A DNA stretch of 64,000 nucleotides from Pseudonocardiales bacterium (GTDB taxonomy: Bacteria; Actinomycetota; Actinomycetes; Mycobacteriales; Pseudonocardiaceae), in the NCBI GenBank assembly GCA_003244245.1, contig QHBY01000446.1:4946-68945 (forward strand), read 5' to 3'. The notes beneath the pieces are model-generated. The model did no database searches and was not told the origin of the DNA. It was given only the letters and a program-made list of their open reading frames with translations. The stretch's first letter is position 1. Each line of letters begins with the position of its first letter. Made by a program: the position numbers and the translations under genes. Shown here in pieces: positions 19,333-29,581 of the stretch.

Positions 19333-22300
19333 ATGGGCTGGAACAACCCGTCGGTGCGGTGGGCGGATCTGGAGCGGGCGCTGTCCGGGAGGACTGCCGG
19401 ATCCAGATCCGGGAACCGCGACGAAAGGCATCCCGGTGACGGCGGGGACAGCCCAGCGTGGACACGACATCGGGACCGCTACGAGTCACCGCAGCGGCTA
19501 ACGCCTGCCCAGCTCACGCGCACCCCCTACGCCGAGCTGCACTGCCACTCCAATTTCAGCTTGCTGGACGGGGCCAGCCACCCTGAGGAGCTGGTCGAGG
19601 AGGCGGCTCGGCTGGGGTTGGACGCAATCGCGATCACTGACCACGACGGGATGTACGGGGTGGTGCGTTTCGCCGAGGCCGCCCGGGAGCTGGGTATCAA
19701 GACCGTATTCGGAGCGGAGCTCAGCCTCGGCCTCACTGCACCACAGAACGGGGTACCCGACCCGGAGGGTGAGCACCTGCTCGTGTTGGCCCGCGATCCG
19801 GAGGGTTACCGCAGGCTGTCCCGGGTGATCAGCGACGCCCAGATCGCCGGGAAAGAGAAAGGCAAGCCGGTCTATAACCTCGACGCGGAAGCCGCCGTCG
19901 CGGATGGCCACTGGGTGGTGCTCACCGGTTGCCGCAAGGGCGCGGTGCGGGCAGCGCTGGAGCGCGAAGGACCGGCCGCCGCGGCCACCCAGCTACGCCG
20001 GCTGATCGAGCTGTTCGGGGCGGACCACGTCGTCGTCGAGCTCACCGCCAACGGGCTGCCCGACGACACCGAGCGTAACGACGAACTCGTCGCGCTGGCC
20101 GCAGCGCAGGGGCTGGACACCGTCGCCACCACCGCCGCGCACTACGCCACCCCGTCCCGGCACCGGCTGGCGACCGCGCTGGCCGCCGTCCGGGCCCGGC
20201 GCAGCCTGGACGAGATGGACGGTTGGCTGCCGGCCGCGGCAACGGCGCACCTACGCTCCGGTGCCGAGATGGCCGACCGGTTCGCCCGCTGGCCCGGAGC
20301 GGTCGCGCGGGCCGCCGCGCTGGGCCGGGAGTGCTCTTTCGACCTGCACCTGGTGGCGCCGGACCTGCCACCGTTCACCGTCCCCGCCGACTACACCGAG
20401 GCCAGCTGGCTGCGCGAACTCACCTGGCTCGGCGCGGCCATCCGCTATGGCAGCTACGACGAACGCCCCGGTGCCTACCACCAGATCGAGCACGAATTGG
20501 CCGTCATCGAGGAGAAGCACTTCCCCGGCTACTTCCTCATCGTCGACGACATCGTGGCGTTCTGCCGGCGGGCCGACATCTTCTGCCAGGGCCGTGGCTC
20601 GGCGGCCAATTCCGCGGTCTGCTACGCGCTGGGCATCACGAGCGTCGACGCGGTGGCGATGGATCTGCTCTTCGAACGGTTCCTCGCTCCGGATCGGGAC
20701 GGCTACCCCGACATCGACCTCGACATCGAATCCGATCGCCGTGAAGAGGTCATCCAGTATGTCTATGAGAAATACGGCCGGGACTGCGCCGCCCAGGTCG
20801 CCAACGTGATCACCTACCGGGCCCGCTCGGCGGTGCGGGACATGGCCAAGGCGCTGGGCTACTCGACCGGCACCCAGGACGCCTGGAGCAAGCAGATCGA
20901 CCGCTGGGGGCCACTGCGACAAAGCGACGCCGCAGACAGTGTTGCTGGTTCGACCCTGCAAGCAGATGTTTATGGTTCGACCCTGCAAGCAGGTCTCACG
21001 GACATCCCTGAACCGGTGCTGGCGCTGGCCACCGAGCTGGAGGGATTCCCGAGACACCTGGGCATCCACTCCGGTGGCATGGTGATCTGCTCCCGGCCGG
21101 TGGCCGAGGTCTGCCCGGTGGAGTGGGCACGGCGGGAGAACCGCTCGGTGGTGCAGTGGGACAAAGACGACTGCGCGGCTGCCGGGCTGGTCAAGTTCGA
21201 CCTGCTCGGGCTCGGCATGCTCTCGGCGCTGCACTACGCGGTCGATCTGGTGGCCCGACACTACCGGCACCGGGTGCGGCTTTCGGATCTGCAGCCGACC
21301 GACCCAGCCGTCTACGCGATGCTGGCCAGAGCCGATTCGGTCGGCGTGTTCCAGGTGGAGTCCCGCGCGCAGATGGCCACCCTGCCCCGGCTCAAGCCGC
21401 GCTGCTTCTACGACCTGGTGGTCGAGGTGGCGCTGATCCGTCCCGGCCCGATCCAGGGGGACTCGGTGCACCCCTACATCCGGCGCCGCAACGGCCAGGA
21501 GGCCTGGGATTACGACCATCCCCGGTTGGCGAACGCACTGCGCAAGACGCTGGGGGTACCGCTGTTTCAGGAGCAGCTGATGCAGATGGCCATCGACGTC
21601 GCCGACTTCTCCCCCGCCGAGGCCGACGAGCTGCGCCGTGCGATGGGGGCTAAACGGTCCCCCGAGCGGATGGAACGCCTACGCGGACGGCTGTTCGAGG
21701 GTATGGCCCGGCACGGGATTCGAGGTGAGCTCGCGGAGAAGATCTACGCCAAGCTGCTGGCCTTCGCCAACTTCGGTTTCCCGGAAAGCCACTCGATCAG
21801 CTTCGCCTCCCTGGTCTACTACAGCTCCTGGTTCAAGCATTACTACCCGGCAGCGTTCTGCGCCGCTCTGCTGCGAGCCCAGCCGATGGGCTTCTACTCC
21901 CCGCAGTCACTGATCGCCGATGCCCGCAGGCACGGTGTCACCGTTCGAGGCCCGGACGTCAACGCCAGCGAGGTGCACGCCGGGCTGGAACCGGCCGCGG
22001 ACGGCGCGCCGGAGCAGGCGGTGCGGCTGGGACTGGCCATGGTGCGCACGGTGGGCCAGCCGCTGGCCACCAGGCTGGTCGAGCAGCGGCGAGCGCACGG
22101 CCGTTACCGCAGCATCGCTGACGTCGCGCACCGGGTGGGGCTGACCACCGCCCAGGCCGAAGCGCTGGCCACCGGTGGGGCATTCGACCAGTTGGCGCCG
22201 CAACGCCGGCAGGCGTTGTGGTCTGCCGGAGCGGTGGCCGCGCAGCGATCGGACCGGCTGCCTGGCACCGCAGTCGGAGTCGTCGCGCCACCGCTGCCGG

Positions 22301-22716
22301 GGATGAGCGCGCTGGAACTCGCCGCGGCCGACGTCTGGGCCACCGGGGTCTCGCCGGGCAGCTTCCCCACCCAGTTCCTCCGGGCTGACCTGGACAGGCT
22401 GGGCGTGGTGCCCGCCGCCCAGCTACGGGAGCGCGACCACGGGCAGCGGGTGTTGGTCGCCGGAGCGGTGACCCACCGGCAGCATCCGGCCACCGCGGGT
22501 GGGGTCACCTTCCTCAACCTGGAGGACGAGACCGGCATGGTGAACGTGATCTGCTCACCGGGTTTCTGGGTCCGGTACCGCACGATCGTGCGGGCCTGCC
22601 CGGCGTTGTTGCTGCGCGGCCGGCTGCAGATCGCCGAAGGAGTGATCAACGTGCTGGCCGAGCATGCCGCAGCGCTGGGCATGAGGGTGCGCTCGAACTC
22701 TCGCGATTTCCGGTGA
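19333..22716 (+). CDS. dnaE2: error-prone DNA polymerase III alpha subunit DnaE2 (ImuC)
   Basis: MGWNNPSVRWADLERALSG.. followed by ..YAELHCHSNFSLLDGASHPEELVEEAARLGLDAIAITDHDGMYG.. closely matches the mycobacterial DnaE2 N-terminus. 1127 aa, uninterrupted. Confidence 0.95.
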   Translation: MGWNNPSVRWADLERALSGRTAGSRSGNRDERHPGDGGDSPAWTRHRDRYESPQRLTPAQLTRTPYAELHCHSNFSLLDGASHPEELVEEAARLGLDAIAITDHDGMYGVVRFAEAARELGIKTVFGAELSLGLTAPQNGVPDPEGEHLLVLARDPEGYRRLSRVISDAQIAGKEKGKPVYNLDAEAAVADGHWVVLTGCRKGAVRAALEREGPAAAATQLRRLIELFGADHVVVELTANGLPDDTERNDELVALAAAQGLDTVATTAAHYATPSRHRLATALAAVRARRSLDEMDGWLPAAATAHLRSGAEMADRFARWPGAVARAAALGRECSFDLHLVAPDLPPFTVPADYTEASWLRELTWLGAAIRYGSYDERPGAYHQIEHELAVIEEKHFPGYFLIVDDIVAFCRRADIFCQGRGSAANSAVCYALGITSVDAVAMDLLFERFLAPDRDGYPDIDLDIESDRREEVIQYVYEKYGRDCAAQVANVITYRARSAVRDMAKALGYSTGTQDAWSKQIDRWGPLRQSDAADSVAGSTLQADVYGSTLQAGLTDIPEPVLALATELEGFPRHLGIHSGGMVICSRPVAEVCPVEWARRENRSVVQWDKDDCAAAGLVKFDLLGLGMLSALHYAVDLVARHYRHRVRLSDLQPTDPAVYAMLARADSVGVFQVESRAQMATLPRLKPRCFYDLVVEVALIRPGPIQGDSVHPYIRRRNGQEAWDYDHPRLANALRKTLGVPLFQEQLMQMAIDVADFSPAEADELRRAMGAKRSPERMERLRGRLFEGMARHGIRGELAEKIYAKLLAFANFGFPESHSISFASLVYYSSWFKHYYPAAFCAALLRAQPMGFYSPQSLIADARRHGVTVRGPDVNASEVHAGLEPAADGAPEQAVRLGLAMVRTVGQPLATRLVEQRRAHGRYRSIADVAHRVGLTTAQAEALATGGAFDQLAPQRRQALWSAGAVAAQRSDRLPGTAVGVVAPPLPGMSALELAAADVWATGVSPGSFPTQFLRADLDRLGVVPAAQLRERDHGQRVLVAGAVTHRQHPATAGGVTFLNLEDETGMVNVICSPGFWVRYRTIVRACPALLLRGRLQIAEGVINVLAEHAAALGMRVRSNSRDFR

Positions 22717-22739
22717 GACCCGGCCAGCAACGACGAGTT

Positions 22740-22799
22740 GATCACGATCTGTGTGCCGTGCGCGACACGACTTGTCGTTACGGCACACAGACCGTGATC
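22740..22799. repeat. nested-palindrome intergenic repeat, copy A
   Basis: GATCACGATCTGTGTGCCGT-[GCGCGACACGACTTGTCGTT]-ACGGCACACAGACCGTGATC. The outer 20-nt arms have 1 mismatch and there is an inner CGACA/TGTCG hairpin. Same architecture at 49322..49383 and 59990..60052. Confidence 0.8.
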
Positions 22800-22864
22800 A
22801 TGGTGGGCAAGCGAGGTCGGGTGGGTCACGGAACCCATCTCGGGCCACCTGAGAAGGTGCAGGT

Positions 22865-23494
22865 ATGCCCGAGACCGTCGAAGGGGATTTCACCACCGAG
22901 GATTTCACCACCGAGGATTTCACCGACGCGGTGTTCGCTGACCAGGAGTGGGAGGGGCGCTGCTTCGTCGGCTGCCGGTTCATCGACGCCGACCTGCGCG
23001 GGCTGCGCACCCGCAACTGCCGATTCACCAGCTGCGACTTCACCCGCGCCGACCTGGGTGCCTCGCAGCACCGCGCGACGGCGTTCCACAGCTGCACCTT
23101 CCAGCGCACCACGCTGGCCGACTCGGTACTGGAGGGCTGCTCCCTGCTTGGCAGCACGGTCAGCGACTGCCGGTTGCGACCGTGGACACTGCGTGAGGTC
23201 GACCTGCGTCTCACCGGGCTGGGCCACGCCGATCTCCGGCAGGTGATGCTCGCGGGCCTCAAGCTGACCGAGGCGAATCTGGTGGAGGCCGACCTGCGAG
23301 GGGCCGACCTGTCCGGAGCCGACCTCACCGGGGCCAGGCTGCTGGGAGCCCGGCTGGAGGGCGCCGACCTGCGCGGAACCCGGCTGGACGCCGACGCCCT
23401 GGTGCAGGCGCGGCTGACCGGTGCCCGGATCGACGTGGACACCGCGATCCGTTTCGCCGCGGCGAACGGGCTGCGGGTGGATCTCGGGACGTAA
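22865..23494 (+). CDS. pentapeptide-repeat protein (MfpA/Qnr-like)
   Basis: Continuous A(D/N)LXX-type pentapeptide repeats (..ADLRGADLSGADLTGARLLGARLEGADLRGTRL..). The N-terminus carries a DFTTE tandem repeat. Confidence 0.8.
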   Translation: MPETVEGDFTTEDFTTEDFTDAVFADQEWEGRCFVGCRFIDADLRGLRTRNCRFTSCDFTRADLGASQHRATAFHSCTFQRTTLADSVLEGCSLLGSTVSDCRLRPWTLREVDLRLTGLGHADLRQVMLAGLKLTEANLVEADLRGADLSGADLTGARLLGARLEGADLRGTRLDADALVQARLTGARIDVDTAIRFAAANGLRVDLGT

Positions 23495-23518
23495 CGGGCA
23501 TGATGCAAGGATGCCCCC

Positions 23519-24373
23519 GTGAGTGCGGTGGTGCTGGACGGCAAGGCAACCAGGGACGAGCTCTTCGCGGACCTGCGGACCCGGGTGGCTGCACTGCGCG
23601 GCAAGGGAATCACTCCTGGGCTCGGCACCGTCATCGTCGGCGATGATCCCGGCTCGCACGCCTACGTGCGGGGAAAGCACAACGACTGCGCGAAGGTCGG
23701 AATCGCCTCGATCCGTCGCGACCTGCCCGCGACCACGACCCCCGACGAGCTGTTCGCGGTGATCGACGAGCTGAATGCGGACCCGGCCTGCACCGGTTAC
23801 CTCGTGCAGCTGCCGCTGCCCGCGGGGCTGGACACCGGTGCGGTGCTGGAACGGATCGACCCGAGCAAGGATGCCGACGGTTTGCACCCGGTGAACCTGG
23901 GTCGGCTGGTGCTCGGCGAGCCGGCACCGCTGCCCTGCACTCCGCGGGGCATCGTGGCGTTGCTGCGTCGCTTCGACATAGCACTGGCCGGCTCGCGGGT
24001 GACCATCGTGGGCCGCGGCATCACCGTCGGTCGCCCGCTGGGCCTGCTGCTGACCCGGCGCAGCGAGAACGCCACCGTCACGCTGTGCCACACCGGTACT
24101 CGTGACCTCGCGGCCGAGGTGGCCCGGGCCGACATCGTCGTGGCCGCGGCCGGGCGACCCGGGCTGATCACGGCTGATCTCGTCAAGCCGGGTGCCGCAG
24201 TGATCGACGTCGGGATCACCCGCACCGACGGCGGGCTGGCCGGGGACGTCGATCCGGCGGTGGCCGAGGTCGCCGGGTACCTGGCACCGGTTCCGGGCGG
24301 GGTGGGGCCGATGACCAGGGCGATGTTGCTGGCCAACGTCGTCGAAGCCGCCGAGCGGGCCGGCTCGTCATGA
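23519..24373 (+). CDS. folD: bifunctional methylenetetrahydrofolate dehydrogenase / methenyl-THF cyclohydrolase
   Basis: ..[75 protein letters not shown].. Confidence 0.9.
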   Translation: MSAVVLDGKATRDELFADLRTRVAALRGKGITPGLGTVIVGDDPGSHAYVRGKHNDCAKVGIASIRRDLPATTTPDELFAVIDELNADPACTGYLVQLPLPAGLDTGAVLERIDPSKDADGLHPVNLGRLVLGEPAPLPCTPRGIVALLRRFDIALAGSRVTIVGRGITVGRPLGLLLTRRSENATVTLCHTGTRDLAAEVARADIVVAAAGRPGLITADLVKPGAAVIDVGITRTDGGLAGDVDPAVAEVAGYLAPVPGGVGPMTRAMLLANVVEAAERAGSS

Positions 24374-24657
24374 CCACCCGGACGAGCCTGCGGCCACAGC
24401 TGGCGTTCGGGCTGGTCCTGGCTGTGATGGCAGTGGCCACGGTACGCATCACGCAATACCACTGGCGGGAAGGCACAGTGATCATCGGCGGTGCGCTGTT
24501 GCTGGCCGCGGGGTTGCGGGCAGTGCTTCCGCCGGAGTGGACCGGGTTGCTCGGGATCCGCCGCCGCGTCATCGACGTGCTCACTTACGGTGGTTTCGGG
24601 CTGCTGATGCTAGTGGTGGCGCTGACGATCACCGGCGGACCGCTGACCGTAGGCTGA
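24370..24657 (+). CDS. DUF3017 family small membrane protein (Rv3355c-like)
   Basis: 95 aa with hydrophobic segments. Start overlaps the folD stop (ATGA). Same position after folD as in mycobacteria. Confidence 0.65.
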   Translation: MTTRTSLRPQLAFGLVLAVMAVATVRITQYHWREGTVIIGGALLLAAGLRAVLPPEWTGLLGIRRRVIDVLTYGGFGLLMLVVALTITGGPLTVG

Positions 24658-24687
24658 TCTCAGCACGAATTGATCACGGGAGGATCG

Positions 24688-25644
24688 ATGGCACGTTCCG
24701 GCACGGTCGCGGTCATCGGGGCCGGCTTCTACGGCTCGACCACTGCGCAGCGGCTGGCCGAGTACGACCTGTTCGACACGGTCGTGCTCACCGACATCAT
24801 CGAGGGCCGGCCGGAGGGCTTAGCGCTGGACATGAACCAGTCCCGGCCGGTGGAGGGCTTCGAAACCAAGATCGTGGGCCAGACCACCGGGGCGGACGGC
24901 TCGGGCTATGCGGCGATCGCCGGCAGCGACATCGTCGTGATCACCGCCGGGGTGGCTCGCAAACCGGGAATGAGCCGGATGGACCTGATCGAGGTCAACG
25001 CCCGCATCGTCGGGGAGGTGGCGGACAACGTCGCCAAGCATACCCCCGACGCGGTCGTCATCGTGGTGTCCAACCCGCTGGATGAGATGACCGCGCTGGT
25101 GGCGCTGGCCACCGGGTTCCCTCGACCCCGCGTGATGGGTCAAGCCGGGATGCTCGACACCGCGCGGTTCACCAACTTCGTCGCCGAGGAACTCGCCGTT
25201 CCGGTGTCCTCAGTGCGCACCCTGACGTTGGGCTCGCACGGCGACACCATGGTCCCGGTGCCCAGCGCATGCACGGTGGATGGTGCGCCGCTGACCGACC
25301 TGTTGCCCGCGGACAAGATCGCGGAGCTGATCACCCGGACCCGCAACGGCGGGGCCGAGGTCATCGCCCTGCTCAAGACCGGGTCGGCGTACTACGCACC
25401 GTCGGCGGCGGCGGCCCGCATGGTGCGCGCGGTGCATGAGGACTCCGGCGCCGTGTTGCCGGTCTGCGCCTGGGTGGACGGCGAGTACGGGATCTCCGGT
25501 GTCTACCTGGGGGTGACCGCCGAGCTGGGTCGGGGCGGGGTACGCCGGATCGTGGAGACCCCGCTGACGGACGCCGAACTCGCGCAGCTGCGGCAGGCCG
25601 CGCAGGCCGTTGCGGCTAAACAGGCCGATGTGCACAACCTATGA
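24688..25644 (+). CDS. mdh: malate dehydrogenase (LDH-like type)
   Basis: [20 protein letters not shown].. and ..[28 protein letters not shown]... ATG 24688 is preceded by GGGAGG. Confidence 0.85.
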   Translation: MARSGTVAVIGAGFYGSTTAQRLAEYDLFDTVVLTDIIEGRPEGLALDMNQSRPVEGFETKIVGQTTGADGSGYAAIAGSDIVVITAGVARKPGMSRMDLIEVNARIVGEVADNVAKHTPDAVVIVVSNPLDEMTALVALATGFPRPRVMGQAGMLDTARFTNFVAEELAVPVSSVRTLTLGSHGDTMVPVPSACTVDGAPLTDLLPADKIAELITRTRNGGAEVIALLKTGSAYYAPSAAAARMVRAVHEDSGAVLPVCAWVDGEYGISGVYLGVTAELGRGGVRRIVETPLTDAELAQLRQAAQAVAAKQADVHNL

Positions 25645-25678
25645 TCGTGGTAATTCGGCGACAGGAGAGCCCGTTCTC

Positions 25679-26907
25679 GTGGACAAGATCAAGGTAATGG
25701 GAACTGTCGTCGATCTCGATGGCGACGAGATGACCCGGATCATCTGGCAGTTCATCAAGGACAAGCTGATCCTGCCCTATCTCGACATCACCCTCGACTC
25801 CTACGACCTGAGCATCCAGCACCGCGACGCCACTGACGATCAGATCACCGTCGACGCCGCGCACGCGATCGCCAGGCACGGGGTGGGGGTGAAATGCGCC
25901 ACCATCACACCTGACGAGGCGCGGGTCGAGGAGTTCGGCCTGAAGAAGATGTGGCGCTCGCCCAATGGCACGATCCGCAACATTCTAGGTGGTGTGATCT
26001 TCCGCGAGCCGATCATCTGCTCCAACGTCCCCCGCCTCGTGCCGCACTGGACCAAGCCGATCATCATCGGCCGTCACGCGTTCGGCGACCAGTACAAGGC
26101 CAGCGATTTCACCGTCCCTGGGCCAGGCACCGTGACGATCACCTACACCCCCGACGACGGTCGGGCGCCGCTGGAGATGGAGGTCGCGAGGTTCGGCGAG
26201 GGTGGCGGTGTCGCGGTCGGGATGTTCAACTACCGCACATCAATCGAGGAGTTCGCAAGGGCATCGCTGCGCTACGGCCTGGCCCGCGGATACCCGGTCT
26301 ACCTATCGACGAAGAACACGATCCTCAAGGCATACGACGGCATGTTCAAAGACGTGTTCGCTGAGATCTACGAGTCGGAGTTCAAAGCCGACTTCGAGGA
26401 ACACGGCCTGCACTACGAGCACCGGTTGATCGACGACATGGTAGCCGCCGCCCTGAAGTGGCCCGGGGGTTACATCTGGGCGTGTAAGAACTACGACGGC
26501 GACGTGCAGTCCGACACCATCGCGCAGGGCTACGGTTCCCTGGGTCTGATGACTAGCGTGCTGATGTCCCCGGACGGTCGGACCGTCGAGGCGGAGGCCG
26601 CGCACGGCACCGTCACCAGGCATTTCCGGCAGCATCAGCAGGGCAAACCCACCTCGACCAACCCGATCGCGTCGATCTTCGCCTGGACCGGTGGCCTGCG
26701 CCACCGCGGCACGCTGGACGCGACCCCAGAGGTCACCCGGTTCGCGCAGACCCTGGAGCGGGTCTGCATCGACACCGTCGAGAGCGGCAGGATGACCAAG
26801 GACCTGGCGTTGCTGGTCGGCCCCGATACCCCGTTCCTGACCACAGAGGCCTTCCTCGACGAGATTGACCGGGGGTTGCGGCACGCCATGAATGAGACCG
26901 TCACAGC

Positions 26908-26911
<4 letters not shown>
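25679..26911 (+). CDS. icd: NADP-dependent isocitrate dehydrogenase (eukaryote-like Icd1 type)
   Basis: [36 protein letters not shown].. is colinear with mycobacterial Icd1. GTG 25679 is preceded by AGGAGA. Confidence 0.9.
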
Positions 26912-28297
<1,386 letters not shown>

Positions 28298-28327
28298 TCG
28301 GGCATTGCTTGGCTAGCGTAGGAGCGC

Positions 28328-29284
28328 ATGCGGGGAACCAGTCCACAGCAGACGGACGCCAAGCCATCCCTGCTCCAGCGATACCGGTTGCGTTACTCGT
28401 GGCTGGACCATCTGGTGCGCGCCGGGCAGTCCTACACCGCCAACCACGGCGACCATTACGCCGCGGCAATCACATTTTTCAGTGTGCTCTCGCTGATGCC
28501 GCTGTTGATGATCGCTTTTGCTGCCGCGGGTTTCGTGCTGGCCGGTAACCCGGACCTGCTCCACCAGTTGCAGGATCAGATCCACGCGGCGGCACCTCCC
28601 GGGTTGGGTGCGACCCTCGACCAGGTCATCGACGGGGCGATCAGATCCCGCGGCGGCGTGGGGATCGTGGGTCTGCTCGGTGCGCTCTATTCGGGGCTGG
28701 GCTGGATGGGCAACCTCCGCGAGGCGCTCACTGCCCAATGGCGATTAGGCCCGGGCGAGCAGCCGCCTGAATCGGAAGGCTTCCTGCGCACCAAGGTGTT
28801 CGATCTGCTGGCGTTGCTCGGTCTGGGGGCGGCGCTGATGGCGTCCTTCGCGCTGACCGGTATCGGCACCGCGTTCGCCAGTGTCCTGCTCAACGCGCTA
28901 GGACTGGGGCAGATCCCCGGCGCCCGGCTGGTGCTCGTCGTGCTCGCTGTGGCGGCGTCGGTGGTCGGCATGTGGCTGGTATTCCTCTGGGTGATCGCGC
29001 GGCTGCCGCGAGAGCCGGTCCCGCTGCGCAGCGCGACCCGCGCCGCGTGGTTGGGGGCCGTGGGTTTCGAGCTGCTCAAGCAGGCCTTCGCCATCTACCT
29101 GGACAGCGTCACCAACAGCCCTACCGGGCGACTGTTCGGCCCGGTGATCGGTCTGATGGTGTTCGCCTACTTCGTCTCCCGGTTCCTGCTGTTCCTCACC
29201 GCGTGGGCTGCCGTGGTCGCAAAGAACCAACCGCAAGGGGACCTGTCACCCGCGGAGCCGGGGGCGCTCGCCATCAACCCCTGA
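28328..29284 (+). CDS. YihY/BrkB (YhjD) family inner-membrane protein
   Basis: ..SYTANHGDHYAAAITFFSVLSLMPLLMIAFA.. plus multiple TM segments. Position next to trpS is the same as for Rv3335c. Confidence 0.75.
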   Translation: MRGTSPQQTDAKPSLLQRYRLRYSWLDHLVRAGQSYTANHGDHYAAAITFFSVLSLMPLLMIAFAAAGFVLAGNPDLLHQLQDQIHAAAPPGLGATLDQVIDGAIRSRGGVGIVGLLGALYSGLGWMGNLREALTAQWRLGPGEQPPESEGFLRTKVFDLLALLGLGAALMASFALTGIGTAFASVLLNALGLGQIPGARLVLVVLAVAASVVGMWLVFLWVIARLPREPVPLRSATRAAWLGAVGFELLKQAFAIYLDSVTNSPTGRLFGPVIGLMVFAYFVSRFLLFLTAWAAVVAKNQPQGDLSPAEPGALAINP

Positions 29285-29398
29285 CTGGCAGTCCGGGGTT
29301 TTACCCCGATGCGGGCGCGCCTGGGTAGGCGTGTACTGGAGTAGCGAGCGCCCAGTGCCCTCCCCTACTGGGGCCGCCATGAGTGCTAGGAGACCACC

Positions 29399-29578
29399 AT
29401 GCAGACCCTGCTCAAGGTGCTCGGGATCATCGCGCTGATCTGGATCGGGTTCATGGTGTTGGGTGCTGTGTTCAAGTTCCTGATCTGGGCGCTGGTCATC
29501 GGTGCGGTCCTGTTCGTCGGAACAGCCGCCTACGCCGCGGTGAAGAGCAAGTCAGACCGCCACGCGCTGGACCGGTGA
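29399..29578 (+). CDS. small hydrophobic membrane protein (59 aa)
   Basis: Not in the ORF track (<60 aa). AGGAG lies upstream of ATG 29399. MQTLLKVLGIIALIWIGFMVLGAVFKFLIWALVIGAVLFVGTAAYAAVKSKSDRHALDR has two TM helices. Confidence 0.5.
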   Translation: MQTLLKVLGIIALIWIGFMVLGAVFKFLIWALVIGAVLFVGTAAYAAVKSKSDRHALDR

Positions 29579-29581
29579 TGA

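Noticed and set aside
20251-21519. Long antisense ORFs inside dnaE2 (20251..21519). Similar ones lie at 22826..24091 (opposite the pentapeptide gene and folD) and 52088..53293 (opposite accA3).
   Set aside because: They are shadow ORFs opposite well-supported genes and have no motifs.
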